Source: Anaerolineae bacterium (lineage in GTDB: Bacteria > Chloroflexota > Anaerolineae > Aggregatilineales > Phototrophicaceae). From it: a stretch of 64,000 nt of DNA. Below the pieces are notes generated by a model. It was not told where the DNA came from. It did not search any database and saw only the letters and a list, made by a program, of their open reading frames with translations. The position numbers were made by a program, and so were the translations under genes. Location: contig JALOOG010000024.1 in the NCBI GenBank assembly GCA_025454525.1, positions 2,004-66,003 on the forward strand. The letters run 5' to 3'. Of the stretch, positions 26,568 to 35,832 are shown one piece after another; the first letter of the stretch is position 1; the number at the start of each line of letters is the position of its first letter.

Positions 26568-29408
26568 ATGAAACAGAAGTTATCTTTATTTTTAGTTTTG
26601 GCCATCATTGCGATGATCGCCGTATTTAGTGTGCGGCCGGTTTTTGCCGCCCCGCCGAGTCATGACAATTGGGCTAACCATAAGGTGATCAACAGCTTAC
26701 CCTATTCCGACACGGTTTCCAGTGTGAATGAAGGCACCAATGAACCGATCGACCCGTTTTTAAATTGTCGTAATGGGAGTGTTGGGGTCGGCAACGATGC
26801 CGGCCGTCATACTGTCTGGTATACCTATTCTACGGGTGGTACTACCGAATACGTTAACTTTACGGCCAGCGGTTACGATACCGTGATCGGTGTATTCACC
26901 GGATCTCCCACTGAATTTACGATGGTAACGGGTGGCTGTAATGATACCGTAGGCGCGAGTTTAGCCTCACAGTTGATCGGCTTACAGTTGCTTCCCAACA
27001 CCACCTATACGATCGTAGTGGCCGCGTTTAGCCCCTTACCCAGCCCGTCCACGCTTAACTTGTCGATCAGCAATGCCCCGACTTACACCGTTACCAAAAC
27101 GGCCGATACCGCCGATGGGCTGTGTGATTCTGATTGTTCGTTGCGCGAGGCGATCGGTGCCTCGAATGCTGCTCCCGGCGCTGTGTTGATCCCTGTCGGT
27201 GGTACTTACGCGATCACCCGATCCGGTGCAAGTGAAGATAACAACAGCACGGGCGATTTTGACATCCGTAACGGGATTGGGATCTATGGTGTATCGGGTG
27301 TGGTGATCAACGGGAGCGATCTGGATCGGATCTTCCACCTCGATCCGGCCAATGTTAGCAACAATGGTTTCACCATGACCATTAAAGACCTCCAGATCGA
27401 TAACGGCGCGGCCGGTTTCGGGAACGGGGGCGGTTTACGTAACAGCTCTAAGAACGATTTTGTCGCGTTGGAAAATGTGCAAGTGACCGGTAACACTACC
27501 TCCTTATCCGGCGGCGGGCTTTCGATCGCCAGTCGCGCTCAGATCCGCAACGTTAGCGTGAATGGTAATGTCGCCTCAAGTAACGGGGGTGGGATCAACT
27601 TAGACGGCGGCGTGGACATCACCGTAGAGATTATGGGGTCAACGATCTATTCCAACACCCAAACGGGCGATTTTAACAGCGGTGCAGGGATCTTCGCGAT
27701 CAGCCGCGTGTTACTGTTTAACAGCACGATCAGCGGTAATTTTGCCAATGGGGACGGGGGCGGCTTGTATATCGGGGCAGTTGGCCCGGATGCCGGATCG
27801 CTGATCATGGGCAATACCACGATCGTCGAAAATGAGGCCGATCTAGATGAAGATTATTCGGGTGTAATCCCACAAGGCGGTGGTTTACGTCTGGTCAGCC
27901 CCTTAACCTACAACTTGGGCAATAACATCATCGCCTATAACGTTGATAACTCGTTAAACGGTGGGGATGATTGTGCGCGTTCTAGCGGCACGATCAGCGG
28001 CACATATAATATCGTCCAGTTTGTGGGCAATTGTACCTTCAGCGGCACAGGTGATGTAACGAGCGTTGATCCGATGCTCAACCCACTCAATAATAACGGC
28101 GGATCTACCTTCACGCATTCGTTGATGGTCGGAAGTCCGGCGATTGATACCGCCAATCCTACCGGGTGTCGAAACCCGTATAATCAACCCTTGCACGCCG
28201 ATCAACGGAACTATACCCGCGTCTTTGATGGCGATGCGAACGGGTCATTTGTCTGTGATCGCGGTTCGGTGGAGGCCGGAGGCGGGATCGCCTTCCCTGC
28301 ACCGGGACGTTTAACCGCGGTTGGAAGCGGCGCAACCTCTATTGATCTCACTTGGTTAGATCTGTCTGTCGGTGAAGGGCAATTTGTGTTTGAACGCTCG
28401 ACCGATACGGTGACTTGGACTCAGGTAGCGTCCGCTCCGCCCAATACCAGTAGCTTCACCAATACCGGACTCACCTGTAACACCACCTATTACTATCGTC
28501 TGTTTGCGATCAGTACATCAGCGCGTTCAGCGAATAGCAATGCGGCGATCGCAACCACGGGGAGTTGCGCTCCGCCCACAGCGACCGAGACTCCCGTACC
28601 GCCTACAGCGACCGAGACTCCTGTGCCGCCCACAGCCACAGAAACCCCTGTGCCGCCCACAGCCACAGAAACCCCTGTGCCACCGACAGCAACCGAGACT
28701 CCCCTGCCACCCACGGCTACGGAAACTCCCGTACCACCGACAGCGACCGAAACCCCCGTAGCACCTACGGCTACAGAAACTCCTGTACCACCGACAGCGA
28801 CCGAAACCCCTGTACCACCCACGGCCACACCGACTCCGATTCCACCGACCGCAACCAACACACCCGATCCGGGTGCAGTAGAGTTATTGCGGAATCGCAG
28901 TTTTGAAGATGATCTAAATCCCGTGGATGGACTCGCGGACTTCTGGGGGATTCGTAATGGCACGGGTGAACGGCGGATCTGTGATGCGTCCTTGGCCCGT
29001 ACCGGATTGTGTGCCTTTATGTTCCGGGGAGGTGGTGTCACGGAAGACAGCATCTTGCAACAACGCGCCGATTTGACAGTAGAGCCATTGGTCACAGGCG
29101 ATGTGTTAACCCTGAATGGTTTTGCGCGTTCCGACGGTGCGCCCAACTTCCGTTATCGGATCATCGTCACCTATACCGATAGCAGCATCCAACGGGCGCA
29201 AGGGCGTTATAATACCACCAGTGCGACCTATGTCCCGTTGCTTGATCCCGTCACCAATCAACCGTTATCGCTCACCCTCACCGGAAGCAATATCGCCCAA
29301 ATTCGCGTGTTGTTCTGGAGTCGAAACTCCACCGGACGCGCTTACTTTGATGACATCAGCCTCACTGTTCAGAGTTCAGGGCCGCGATCGCTGATCCCGA
29401 TGCCATAA
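26568..29408 (+). CDS. Large secreted surface protein: signal peptide, right-handed parallel beta-helix repeats with a choice-of-anchor-Q-like CSLREAI motif, an Fn3-like domain, a Pro/Thr-rich 9-aa repeat linker and a C-terminal domain
   Basis: Signal peptide MKQKLSLFLVLAIIAMIAVFSVRPVFA. DGLCDSDCSLREAIGASNAA motif. Repeated GGGL/NxxGG beta-helix turns. Fn3-like LTAVGSGATSIDLTW. (PPTATETPV) x about 10. Confidence 0.8.
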   Translation: MKQKLSLFLVLAIIAMIAVFSVRPVFAAPPSHDNWANHKVINSLPYSDTVSSVNEGTNEPIDPFLNCRNGSVGVGNDAGRHTVWYTYSTGGTTEYVNFTASGYDTVIGVFTGSPTEFTMVTGGCNDTVGASLASQLIGLQLLPNTTYTIVVAAFSPLPSPSTLNLSISNAPTYTVTKTADTADGLCDSDCSLREAIGASNAAPGAVLIPVGGTYAITRSGASEDNNSTGDFDIRNGIGIYGVSGVVINGSDLDRIFHLDPANVSNNGFTMTIKDLQIDNGAAGFGNGGGLRNSSKNDFVALENVQVTGNTTSLSGGGLSIASRAQIRNVSVNGNVASSNGGGINLDGGVDITVEIMGSTIYSNTQTGDFNSGAGIFAISRVLLFNSTISGNFANGDGGGLYIGAVGPDAGSLIMGNTTIVENEADLDEDYSGVIPQGGGLRLVSPLTYNLGNNIIAYNVDNSLNGGDDCARSSGTISGTYNIVQFVGNCTFSGTGDVTSVDPMLNPLNNNGGSTFTHSLMVGSPAIDTANPTGCRNPYNQPLHADQRNYTRVFDGDANGSFVCDRGSVEAGGGIAFPAPGRLTAVGSGATSIDLTWLDLSVGEGQFVFERSTDTVTWTQVASAPPNTSSFTNTGLTCNTTYYYRLFAISTSARSANSNAAIATTGSCAPPTATETPVPPTATETPVPPTATETPVPPTATETPVPPTATETPLPPTATETPVPPTATETPVAPTATETPVPPTATETPVPPTATPTPIPPTATNTPDPGAVELLRNRSFEDDLNPVDGLADFWGIRNGTGERRICDASLARTGLCAFMFRGGGVTEDSILQQRADLTVEPLVTGDVLTLNGFARSDGAPNFRYRIIVTYTDSSIQRAQGRYNTTSATYVPLLDPVTNQPLSLTLTGSNIAQIRVLFWSRNSTGRAYFDDISLTVQSSGPRSLIPMP
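28571..28858 (+). repeat. About 10.5 tandem 27-bp repeats encoding a PPTATETPV linker (imperfect at third codon positions)
   Basis: Direct reading of the repeated ccgcccacagcgaccgagactcccgta units inside the CDS. Confidence 0.85.
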
Positions 29409-29421
29409 CCTGGGTTAGAGA

Positions 29422-29459
29422 GAGGCCTTGACCCCGTTGGGGTCAAGGCCTCTTTTTTT
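29422..29459 (+). terminator. Rho-independent terminator
   Basis: 14-bp stem GAGGCCTTGACCCC/GGGTCAAGGCCTC followed by TTTTTTT. Confidence 0.85.
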
Positions 29460-29570
29460 ATCGATAAGAAGGGCCTGGCATGTTGAGATTTTTACACATT
29501 CCCGTTTTGTGTTTGTTTCTTGTCACAGACATGCCTATAATTACAGGCGTGGCATTATAGGATACTGTTT

Positions 29571-30296
29571 ATGACCAACCCAACCGAAAAACCTGATCAA
29601 ACAACACCCGATGCAAATGAACCGCAACCGTCCGATCCTACGCTGACTCGCGCCTTGATCTCGCCGGCCAAACCGCAACCCGCGATGATCAAGCGAGTGA
29701 TCGAGGCCGTTGCTGGCAACAAAAAACCCGATACCGTGCCATTGACCTTAGATGAGACCCCTTGGATCTTGCAACAATTTTTTAACGGGGAGATCGATCT
29801 AGATGTTGAACTTGCACAACGTTTTCAGAATATGCCCGTCATGGCCACGATCAGCTTTCGTGATATTGGCACCAAATCTAAGCGCGGCGTAGCCACTTTA
29901 GCGACCCAAGACGGCGCGGCCCAAGTGATCGTTGATGTGGATGCGATCTCAAAAGTGGTGCAATTCTCGTTTACCTTTGGATCGATGCTCACCTTGCGCT
30001 TTTGGCTAAAGGAACTCACCGATCAAGAGCGTTCACGGTGGTTAGAGCTGATGCGCCGTGAGCAGGGGGGCTTGACCTTTTTGTGGAATGCGTCTCGTTG
30101 GGAATCGGATTATTTGATCTGTGTCGTGCGGCGCTATTTTACCAATTTATACGCATTTTCTGAAAATAACTTTGAGGCCGCGATCCGGATGACTCCGGAA
30201 GTCACCAAACAATTTTTGGGTTGGCTAGAGGGGTATTGGACTGCACCGCCCCCGGTGAAATCAGAGGACGCACCGCCGAGTCTGTTATCTTGGTAA
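29571..30296 (+). CDS. Hypothetical protein (possibly YbjN-like) with a Pro-rich N-terminal tail
   Basis: 241-aa ORF with no catalytic motif. The fold assignment is tentative. Confidence 0.45.
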   Translation: MTNPTEKPDQTTPDANEPQPSDPTLTRALISPAKPQPAMIKRVIEAVAGNKKPDTVPLTLDETPWILQQFFNGEIDLDVELAQRFQNMPVMATISFRDIGTKSKRGVATLATQDGAAQVIVDVDAISKVVQFSFTFGSMLTLRFWLKELTDQERSRWLELMRREQGGLTFLWNASRWESDYLICVVRRYFTNLYAFSENNFEAAIRMTPEVTKQFLGWLEGYWTAPPPVKSEDAPPSLLSW

Positions 30297-30332
30297 AGGG
30301 ATACGGCCAAGTGCGCCGCATCCCCTGATACT

Positions 30333-31091
30333 TTAGCGATCTTGGTTGTAATCGCGATCGCGATGTTGGTAACGCCGCACTGCCGCACCGCCGAAAGTGG
30401 TCGCCGTTTGATCCGAGACATCGTTATTCATGATCATCTCGTCTGTGGCGGAAGTTGCGCCCGTACCCCCCATGCTACTCGGTAGGGTAGACATCGAATC
30501 GGTGCGACCGGCCAAATCGGTCGCTGTGTATGGATCAGACATCGGATCAAAGCTAGACCAACCCTCTTTACGCCATTGTGTGATCCGCCGATCCATGTCC
30601 AACGGATGATGACGTTGTAAGATATGGGTCGCTTGATCCACCTGTTCCGTTTGTGTCGTCACCGACACTAACGCACCCCCACGCCGGAGCGTTTCCGCGT
30701 AATAGTGGCTATCTTCTTCGCTCACACCCATATCAATGAGCGACGCGGTGATCCCGCCCGTCAACGCACCCGCGGCCGCGCCAATCCCAGCACCTGCCGC
30801 CGCGCCGCCGATCGCGGATAACACCCCGCCAGCCACGATCGGCCCGATCCCCGGCACGGTGATTGCGACTAAACCTGCAACCGCGCCCGTTAATGTCCCG
30901 ATGATCGCGCCAAATCCCGCGCCTTCATCCCCTTTCACATCCTGATTCGTGAGATGGTGGCTATAGCGCCCTTCTTGATCGTGGGCCGCTAAGCCGATGT
31001 CACTCCGAGTAAACCCGTTATTGACCAACTCATTCACGACACGATTGGCCGTCTCTAAGCTGTCATAAGTCGCTAACAATGTTTCGCGCAT
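30333..31091 (-). CDS. General-stress-protein-like (YflT/DUF1269-type) protein with a central glycine-zipper membrane segment
   Basis: N-terminus YDSLETANRVVNELVNNGF...DIGLAAHDQ resembles the heat-induced stress protein YflT domain. Gly/Ala zipper GAIIGTLTGAVAGLVAITVPGIGPIVAGGVLSAIGGAAAGAGIG. Confidence 0.5.
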   Translation of the reverse strand: MRETLLATYDSLETANRVVNELVNNGFTRSDIGLAAHDQEGRYSHHLTNQDVKGDEGAGFGAIIGTLTGAVAGLVAITVPGIGPIVAGGVLSAIGGAAAGAGIGAAAGALTGGITASLIDMGVSEEDSHYYAETLRRGGALVSVTTQTEQVDQATHILQRHHPLDMDRRITQWRKEGWSSFDPMSDPYTATDLAGRTDSMSTLPSSMGGTGATSATDEMIMNNDVSDQTATTFGGAAVRRYQHRDRDYNQDR

Positions 31092-31238
31092 CTTGACTCC
31101 CTGTAGGTGGTGGTTTCAACTCTCCTAAATTTAAATCGTAATTCTAAGAACTACAGGAAAGCGACACTAACAGATCTTAAACAGGTTTGACGGATAATGC
31201 GATCGGATCACGAATACATCGCGATCCGATTCGGGGTT

Positions 31239-32762
31239 TTAGAGCTTAGGGGTCAGCGGTGGATCGATCTTTTCAAGCGAGTGTCCATTGGTTTGTGCAG
31301 GTTCATCAACGCTTTTCAGCGCATTAAACAGCATTCCCACCCGTTCAATCGTTTTTTGGAAGTCCTCACCACTCAAGGCCTCAACTTTGGTACGGAACAT
31401 TTCGGCGACTTCTGGGATACTCATGATCATGTTCATGAAAGTATTACCGGTGGGGCCGTTGCTTTCATTTCCGCTGCCGAATTGCACCACGCGCACATTA
31501 TTGCCAAGGCCGGCTAACGCTTGTGCCAAGGCTTGGACTTTCGCCACATCCGCCTTTGTGACTTCTTCCACGATGAATTGACGCAAGTTGATCGAGTCTT
31601 CCGCAGCAGAGGCGGCCGCTAGTTCGCGCCGGCCTTCAGCTTCGGCCAACAATTTCGCTTTTTCACCTTCGGCTTCGGCCAAGAGTCGGGCGCGCACACC
31701 TTCGGCTTCGGCCTTTTGACCTTCAGCCTCCGCCTTTTTCATCGCTTCTAAGGCGATCGCATCCGCACGTCCACGTTTTTCGATCGCTTCGGAATCCGCT
31801 TCGGCCTTTTTGCGGGTCGCTTGTGCTTGCGCGTCAGCGGTGATCGTGATGCGATTGCGTTCGGCTTCGGCCTCAATTTCAATCCGACGGCGTTCGGCCT
31901 CTGCTTTGATCTCCGCGGCGCTTCGGGCGGCCCGGGCCGGCACCAGGACTTCGGCCTCTTGCTGTTGTTCAACCGCAAGCGCTCGTTTTTGTTGTACCTC
32001 TTGATCCGATGACGCTTGATCGATCGCGATCCGCCGTTGGACTTCCACCTCACGCAACTTGAGCGCTTCACGTTGGGCGAGGATCTCGCGTTGTGCGTCT
32101 AATTCCGCTTGTTCGGCTTCGCGTGAAGCTTCGGCCGCCTTAATGCGGGCGGCGCGTTCGGCCTCCGCTTCCGCGATTTTTGCATCCCGTTTAACCGCCG
32201 CAATTTGAGGCGCGGCCATCGCCTGCAAGTAACCTTGATTGTCGGTGATCTCTTCGATCCCCATGCTGATGATCTTCACCCCCATGGCGGCGATGTCGTC
32301 TGTGGCCAGTTCTTGCACCCGTTGCACAAAATCATCGCGATCCCGGTGGATCGTCTCTACCGTCATCTGACCGACGATCGCCCGAAAATTAGCGCTAAGC
32401 GTTTCTTCAATCACCGTGCGGATTTCATCGCGGCTTTTGCTTAAAAAGGCTTTGGCCGCGGTTTTGAGCGCGCTTTCTTCGCTGCTGATCTGGACTTGTG
32501 ACACCCAATCTAATTGAATCGGCACACCGCTGATCGTATAAACTTCATCTTTAAGGGTTTTAATGGTCATGATCGTCATGTCCATGCGTTCCGACCGTTG
32601 TAAAAACGGGATCACAAACGCCCCACCCCCCGTGACAAAACGCGGTTCACCGCTCCCATACACCACCAATACCTGATTCGGTGGTACCGTTTGATAAATG
32701 CGGGTAATTGCAAACAACAACGCAAGTACCACTACCACGCCGACGATCAACAGGATCTCCAT
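31239..32762 (-). CDS. Flotillin-like SPFH/band-7 domain protein with an Ala/Glu-rich coiled coil
   Basis: N-terminal TM helix, then an SPFH region, then long AEAEAERAARIKAAEASREAEQ repeats typical of bacterial flotillins (FloT/YqiK). Confidence 0.85.
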   Translation of the reverse strand: MEILLIVGVVVVLALLFAITRIYQTVPPNQVLVVYGSGEPRFVTGGGAFVIPFLQRSERMDMTIMTIKTLKDEVYTISGVPIQLDWVSQVQISSEESALKTAAKAFLSKSRDEIRTVIEETLSANFRAIVGQMTVETIHRDRDDFVQRVQELATDDIAAMGVKIISMGIEEITDNQGYLQAMAAPQIAAVKRDAKIAEAEAERAARIKAAEASREAEQAELDAQREILAQREALKLREVEVQRRIAIDQASSDQEVQQKRALAVEQQQEAEVLVPARAARSAAEIKAEAERRRIEIEAEAERNRITITADAQAQATRKKAEADSEAIEKRGRADAIALEAMKKAEAEGQKAEAEGVRARLLAEAEGEKAKLLAEAEGRRELAAASAAEDSINLRQFIVEEVTKADVAKVQALAQALAGLGNNVRVVQFGSGNESNGPTGNTFMNMIMSIPEVAEMFRTKVEALSGEDFQKTIERVGMLFNALKSVDEPAQTNGHSLEKIDPPLTPKL

Positions 32763-32780
32763 AATGAAACCTCCTCACTG

Positions 32781-33317
32781 CTAAACAATTTTTTGAACAT
32801 GCAGAATGTGACCTTGAGCGCGCACGATCGCCACTTGATCGCCACGCTGTAATTCTGCACCGTTGATCTCTTGTACCGGATATTTGCTTACTTCGCCTTG
32901 TTCCACCATCGCTTCAGCGGTTTTACCCCCGCTTGCACCTACGGTAATCCGGGCGGTATGCCCGATTAATGCGTCGATCGATTTGACATCACTATATTGA
33001 CGCGCCCGCACATACGTTAAAAATTGCCCTGATAAACGGGTGATGATCATGCCGATCGCCAAAGCGACCAACAACGTTAACAGCGGATTCCATGCCGATT
33101 GTAAAGCCACAAAGCCTACCGCGCCAAAAATCGACATAAAAATTGCCACGATCAAACATCCGAAACCATCTATATCAAAACCAAGGGCTTGATCAATGTG
33201 CAGTGTCTCTAATAACCCATCCACACCAAAATCAAAAGCATCGGCAACTCCGGTGAAGATCGAAAGCACCAAGTATCCGACACCGATCACCATGACCAAG
33301 AGAAAAAATGTTTCCAT
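32781..33317 (-). CDS. NfeD-family membrane protein (OB-fold C-terminus), partner of flotillin
   Basis: Multi-TM N-terminus plus a C-terminal soluble beta-domain. It sits immediately upstream of the flotillin gene, the conserved NfeD-SPFH pairing. Confidence 0.75.
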   Translation of the reverse strand: METFFLLVMVIGVGYLVLSIFTGVADAFDFGVDGLLETLHIDQALGFDIDGFGCLIVAIFMSIFGAVGFVALQSAWNPLLTLLVALAIGMIITRLSGQFLTYVRARQYSDVKSIDALIGHTARITVGASGGKTAEAMVEQGEVSKYPVQEINGAELQRGDQVAIVRAQGHILHVQKIV

Positions 33318-33465
33318 TGCCCGATCCCTTCTACCGATGTTGACTCTAAAGTAGAATCATGGTTAATCTTACCCCAATCTTTGGGGGGTACCTCCATTAT
33401 AACTTTATATCTTGAATGAGGAAACTCACAGATGTCCGATCGCGTGAAGCAGAAGATCATCGCCT

Positions 33466-35742
33466 CTATCGCTCATGATCCAAGACGCGCAACGCCCCTT
33501 CATCGATCACCTTGTTATGGAATCGCCGATGCAGATCCGCATTCACGGCCGCGTTAATCGTGTACTTCCAACGCCTTGGTGAGACCTCTCGCAAACGTGA
33601 ATGACAGTGATCGCATTCCACAATCCGCTTTTGCACCCAAGTAATCCCTAACAGAGTGCGCGTGGTGAGTTGTAACTCCAATTTTCCTTGTTTACAGGCC
33701 GGACACCGCTGTAAGATAAAACCTTGCCCATAACGCCGTAATCCACGTCTTGCGATCCAATACAAGCCACCGTAACTCATCACCGCTAGGCCGATCATGC
33801 CCAAGAAGGCGATCGGTAAGGGTGAAACCGTTGCATCCACAAGGGCTTGATCCGGTATGGCGATTGATTCCACTTGGGGCGGAGGCGCAATTGCGACACG
33901 GGTACTTGAGATCAACGGCGCAAATGTTTCGGTCGGGGTAAACGTCGGCCATGGAGTCGCGGTAATCAATGGAGTCGGGGGGAGGGCGGTCAAGGTCGGC
34001 AAGGGAGTCACGGTTTCGCGAGCGGCCATCGCGATCACAATGCCTTCTGTGTTGACGGTAAGGCCCTCACGTTCTAAGAAGGCTGCAAAATCCCGCGATC
34101 CATCTAAAGCGACTGGCAATTGACCCCGTGCGGGAATCTGCCCGAACAAAATCCCACATACGGCGGGAATTGCAGGTTCCATCGGGCTATACGTGGTCAA
34201 ATAAGCTGCCACTTCCGGGAAGGCCTGCCAATCGTAAGGCGAAAATAACGCAACCGCGATCGTTTTATGCGCGGGTAAAGCGTTGACTAAGCGTTGTTGG
34301 GCGGGATCCGTGGCCGCATTTTCAGTAAACACGATCACCGTATCACTTCGCCTAGCCTCCGCGATCGCGCTGCTGATCTGATTATCCGTGGGACTTAGAT
34401 CCACCGTCACCCAGCGGGTTAACTCCGGCGGATGCAAGGTGCCGCAATAGCGACGCACGGACGGGCGTGTGTAGAGGATGCTCAACGTTTGATCGCCGCG
34501 CAACGGCAATTTATCCCCGTGATCGTAGGCGATCGTCGTGCCTTCACGGAAAATTTCTTCGATCAACATCGCGTGTTCCGTGGTGCGGATGCGTAAGGGC
34601 GCAGTGGACGGATCTAACGGTTGCCAATCTAAGATCCCATAGCGCTGTTTAGCGTCTAAGATCCGTGCGACCGATTGATCGATGCGTGCCTCTAAGATCT
34701 CGCCATTGCGAACGGCATCAACCACCGCTTGCATCGTTTGAGCGACGGTGTTCGGGTTCATGTGCGCGCCCACCGCGATCAGATCGACTCCCGCATGAAT
34801 GGCGCGGATCGCCGCCTCACCATAGCCATAGGTGGTATCGATCGCGTCCATTTCAAGCGCGTCGGTCATCACCAAGCCCTGAAAGCCCATTTGACGGCGC
34901 AATAAATCGGTGATGACATTATAAGAGAGCGACGCGGGCAAGGTATCGTCCGGATCAAGCGCCGGATACCAGATATGCGCGATCATCATCGACTCGACTC
35001 CGGCGGCGATCGTCCAACGAAACGGCGCAAATTCAACACGCTCTAATTCATCACGGGGATAACTGACGATCGGTAGGGTGGTATGCGAGTCGTGTTCGGT
35101 ATCGCCATGACCGGGGAAATGTTTCGCTGTGGCCATCACACCGCCCGCTTGCATCCCACGGATCAGCGCGGCCAACATGCGTCCGGTGCGTTCCGGATCG
35201 CTCCCGAATGAACGCCGCCCGATCACCGGATTGCGTAGATTGGTATAGAGATCAGCGACGGGGGCTAAATTCAAATTGACCCCGACTGCTCTTAATTCGT
35301 TGCCTAACGCCCCCCCGACGCGATACGCTAAATCCACGTTGCCAGAGGCCGTTAACAGCATCGGCACAGGAAATTCGGTAAAACCTTCGCGCAAGCGTGC
35401 GATCATGCCGCCTTCTTGATCGACTCCGATGAACATCGGCACGCCGCCCGCGTCGGTGACGGTCTGTTGCCAAGTGTTGATCAAAGCGGTCATTTCCACT
35501 GGATCGCCGGTATTGGTCGGAAAGATCACCACGCCGCCGGGTTGCCATTCACGCAAAAATTCGCGCCCTGGTTCGTTTAAGTTAGGGCCATACAACGGCA
35601 CAAGAAACAGTTGCGCGACTTTGTGTTCAAGGGACATCGCGGGCGCTTGCGCGGAGAGATCGGGATAGACCACCAATAACAGGGCCAACACAAGGAAAGC
35701 GACTCTAGACACAACCCAACCTTGAAACCGCTCACGAGTCAA
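33466..35742 (-). CDS. Glycoside hydrolase family 3 (NagZ/beta-glucosidase-like) protein with a C-terminal Pro/Thr linker, a TM helix and a cytoplasmic zinc-ribbon tail
   Basis: GH3 motif KHFPGHGDTEHDSH. N-terminal signal peptide. C-terminal hydrophobic LPIAFLGMIGLAVMSYGGLYWIA, then CPACKQG...ECDHCHS. Confidence 0.85.
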   Translation of the reverse strand: MTRERFQGWVVSRVAFLVLALLLVVYPDLSAQAPAMSLEHKVAQLFLVPLYGPNLNEPGREFLREWQPGGVVIFPTNTGDPVEMTALINTWQQTVTDAGGVPMFIGVDQEGGMIARLREGFTEFPVPMLLTASGNVDLAYRVGGALGNELRAVGVNLNLAPVADLYTNLRNPVIGRRSFGSDPERTGRMLAALIRGMQAGGVMATAKHFPGHGDTEHDSHTTLPIVSYPRDELERVEFAPFRWTIAAGVESMMIAHIWYPALDPDDTLPASLSYNVITDLLRRQMGFQGLVMTDALEMDAIDTTYGYGEAAIRAIHAGVDLIAVGAHMNPNTVAQTMQAVVDAVRNGEILEARIDQSVARILDAKQRYGILDWQPLDPSTAPLRIRTTEHAMLIEEIFREGTTIAYDHGDKLPLRGDQTLSILYTRPSVRRYCGTLHPPELTRWVTVDLSPTDNQISSAIAEARRSDTVIVFTENAATDPAQQRLVNALPAHKTIAVALFSPYDWQAFPEVAAYLTTYSPMEPAIPAVCGILFGQIPARGQLPVALDGSRDFAAFLEREGLTVNTEGIVIAMAARETVTPLPTLTALPPTPLITATPWPTFTPTETFAPLISSTRVAIAPPPQVESIAIPDQALVDATVSPLPIAFLGMIGLAVMSYGGLYWIARRGLRRYGQGFILQRCPACKQGKLELQLTTRTLLGITWVQKRIVECDHCHSRLREVSPRRWKYTINAAVNADLHRRFHNKVIDEGALRVLDHER

Positions 35743-35832
35743 TAACCTCTAATCATAGCAGTGTTGTCGATTTAAGCAACCTCTCCTACACTCATGAGAT
35801 GATCTCGCTTCAAAAGGGAGAGGAGTCCCGTA

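Noticed and set aside
28571-28858. Possible CRISPR array, because of regularly spaced repeats
   Set aside because: The repeats are directly contiguous, with no spacers. They are in frame within a CDS and encode a Pro/Thr linker. This is not a CRISPR array.
28493-29146. 217-aa minus-strand ORF rich in GTGVSVAVGG repeats, plus the overlapping plus-frame ORFs 28504-28761 and 28565-28906
   Set aside because: These are alternative-frame or antisense readings of the 27-bp PT-repeat array inside the secreted beta-helix protein gene. Low-complexity repeat translation is not evidence of independent genes.
31748-32071. ORFs 31748-32071 (minus) and 31810-32012 (plus) inside the flotillin gene
   Set aside because: These are alternative-frame or antisense readings of the Ala/Glu-rich coiled-coil repeats, with low-complexity basic products.
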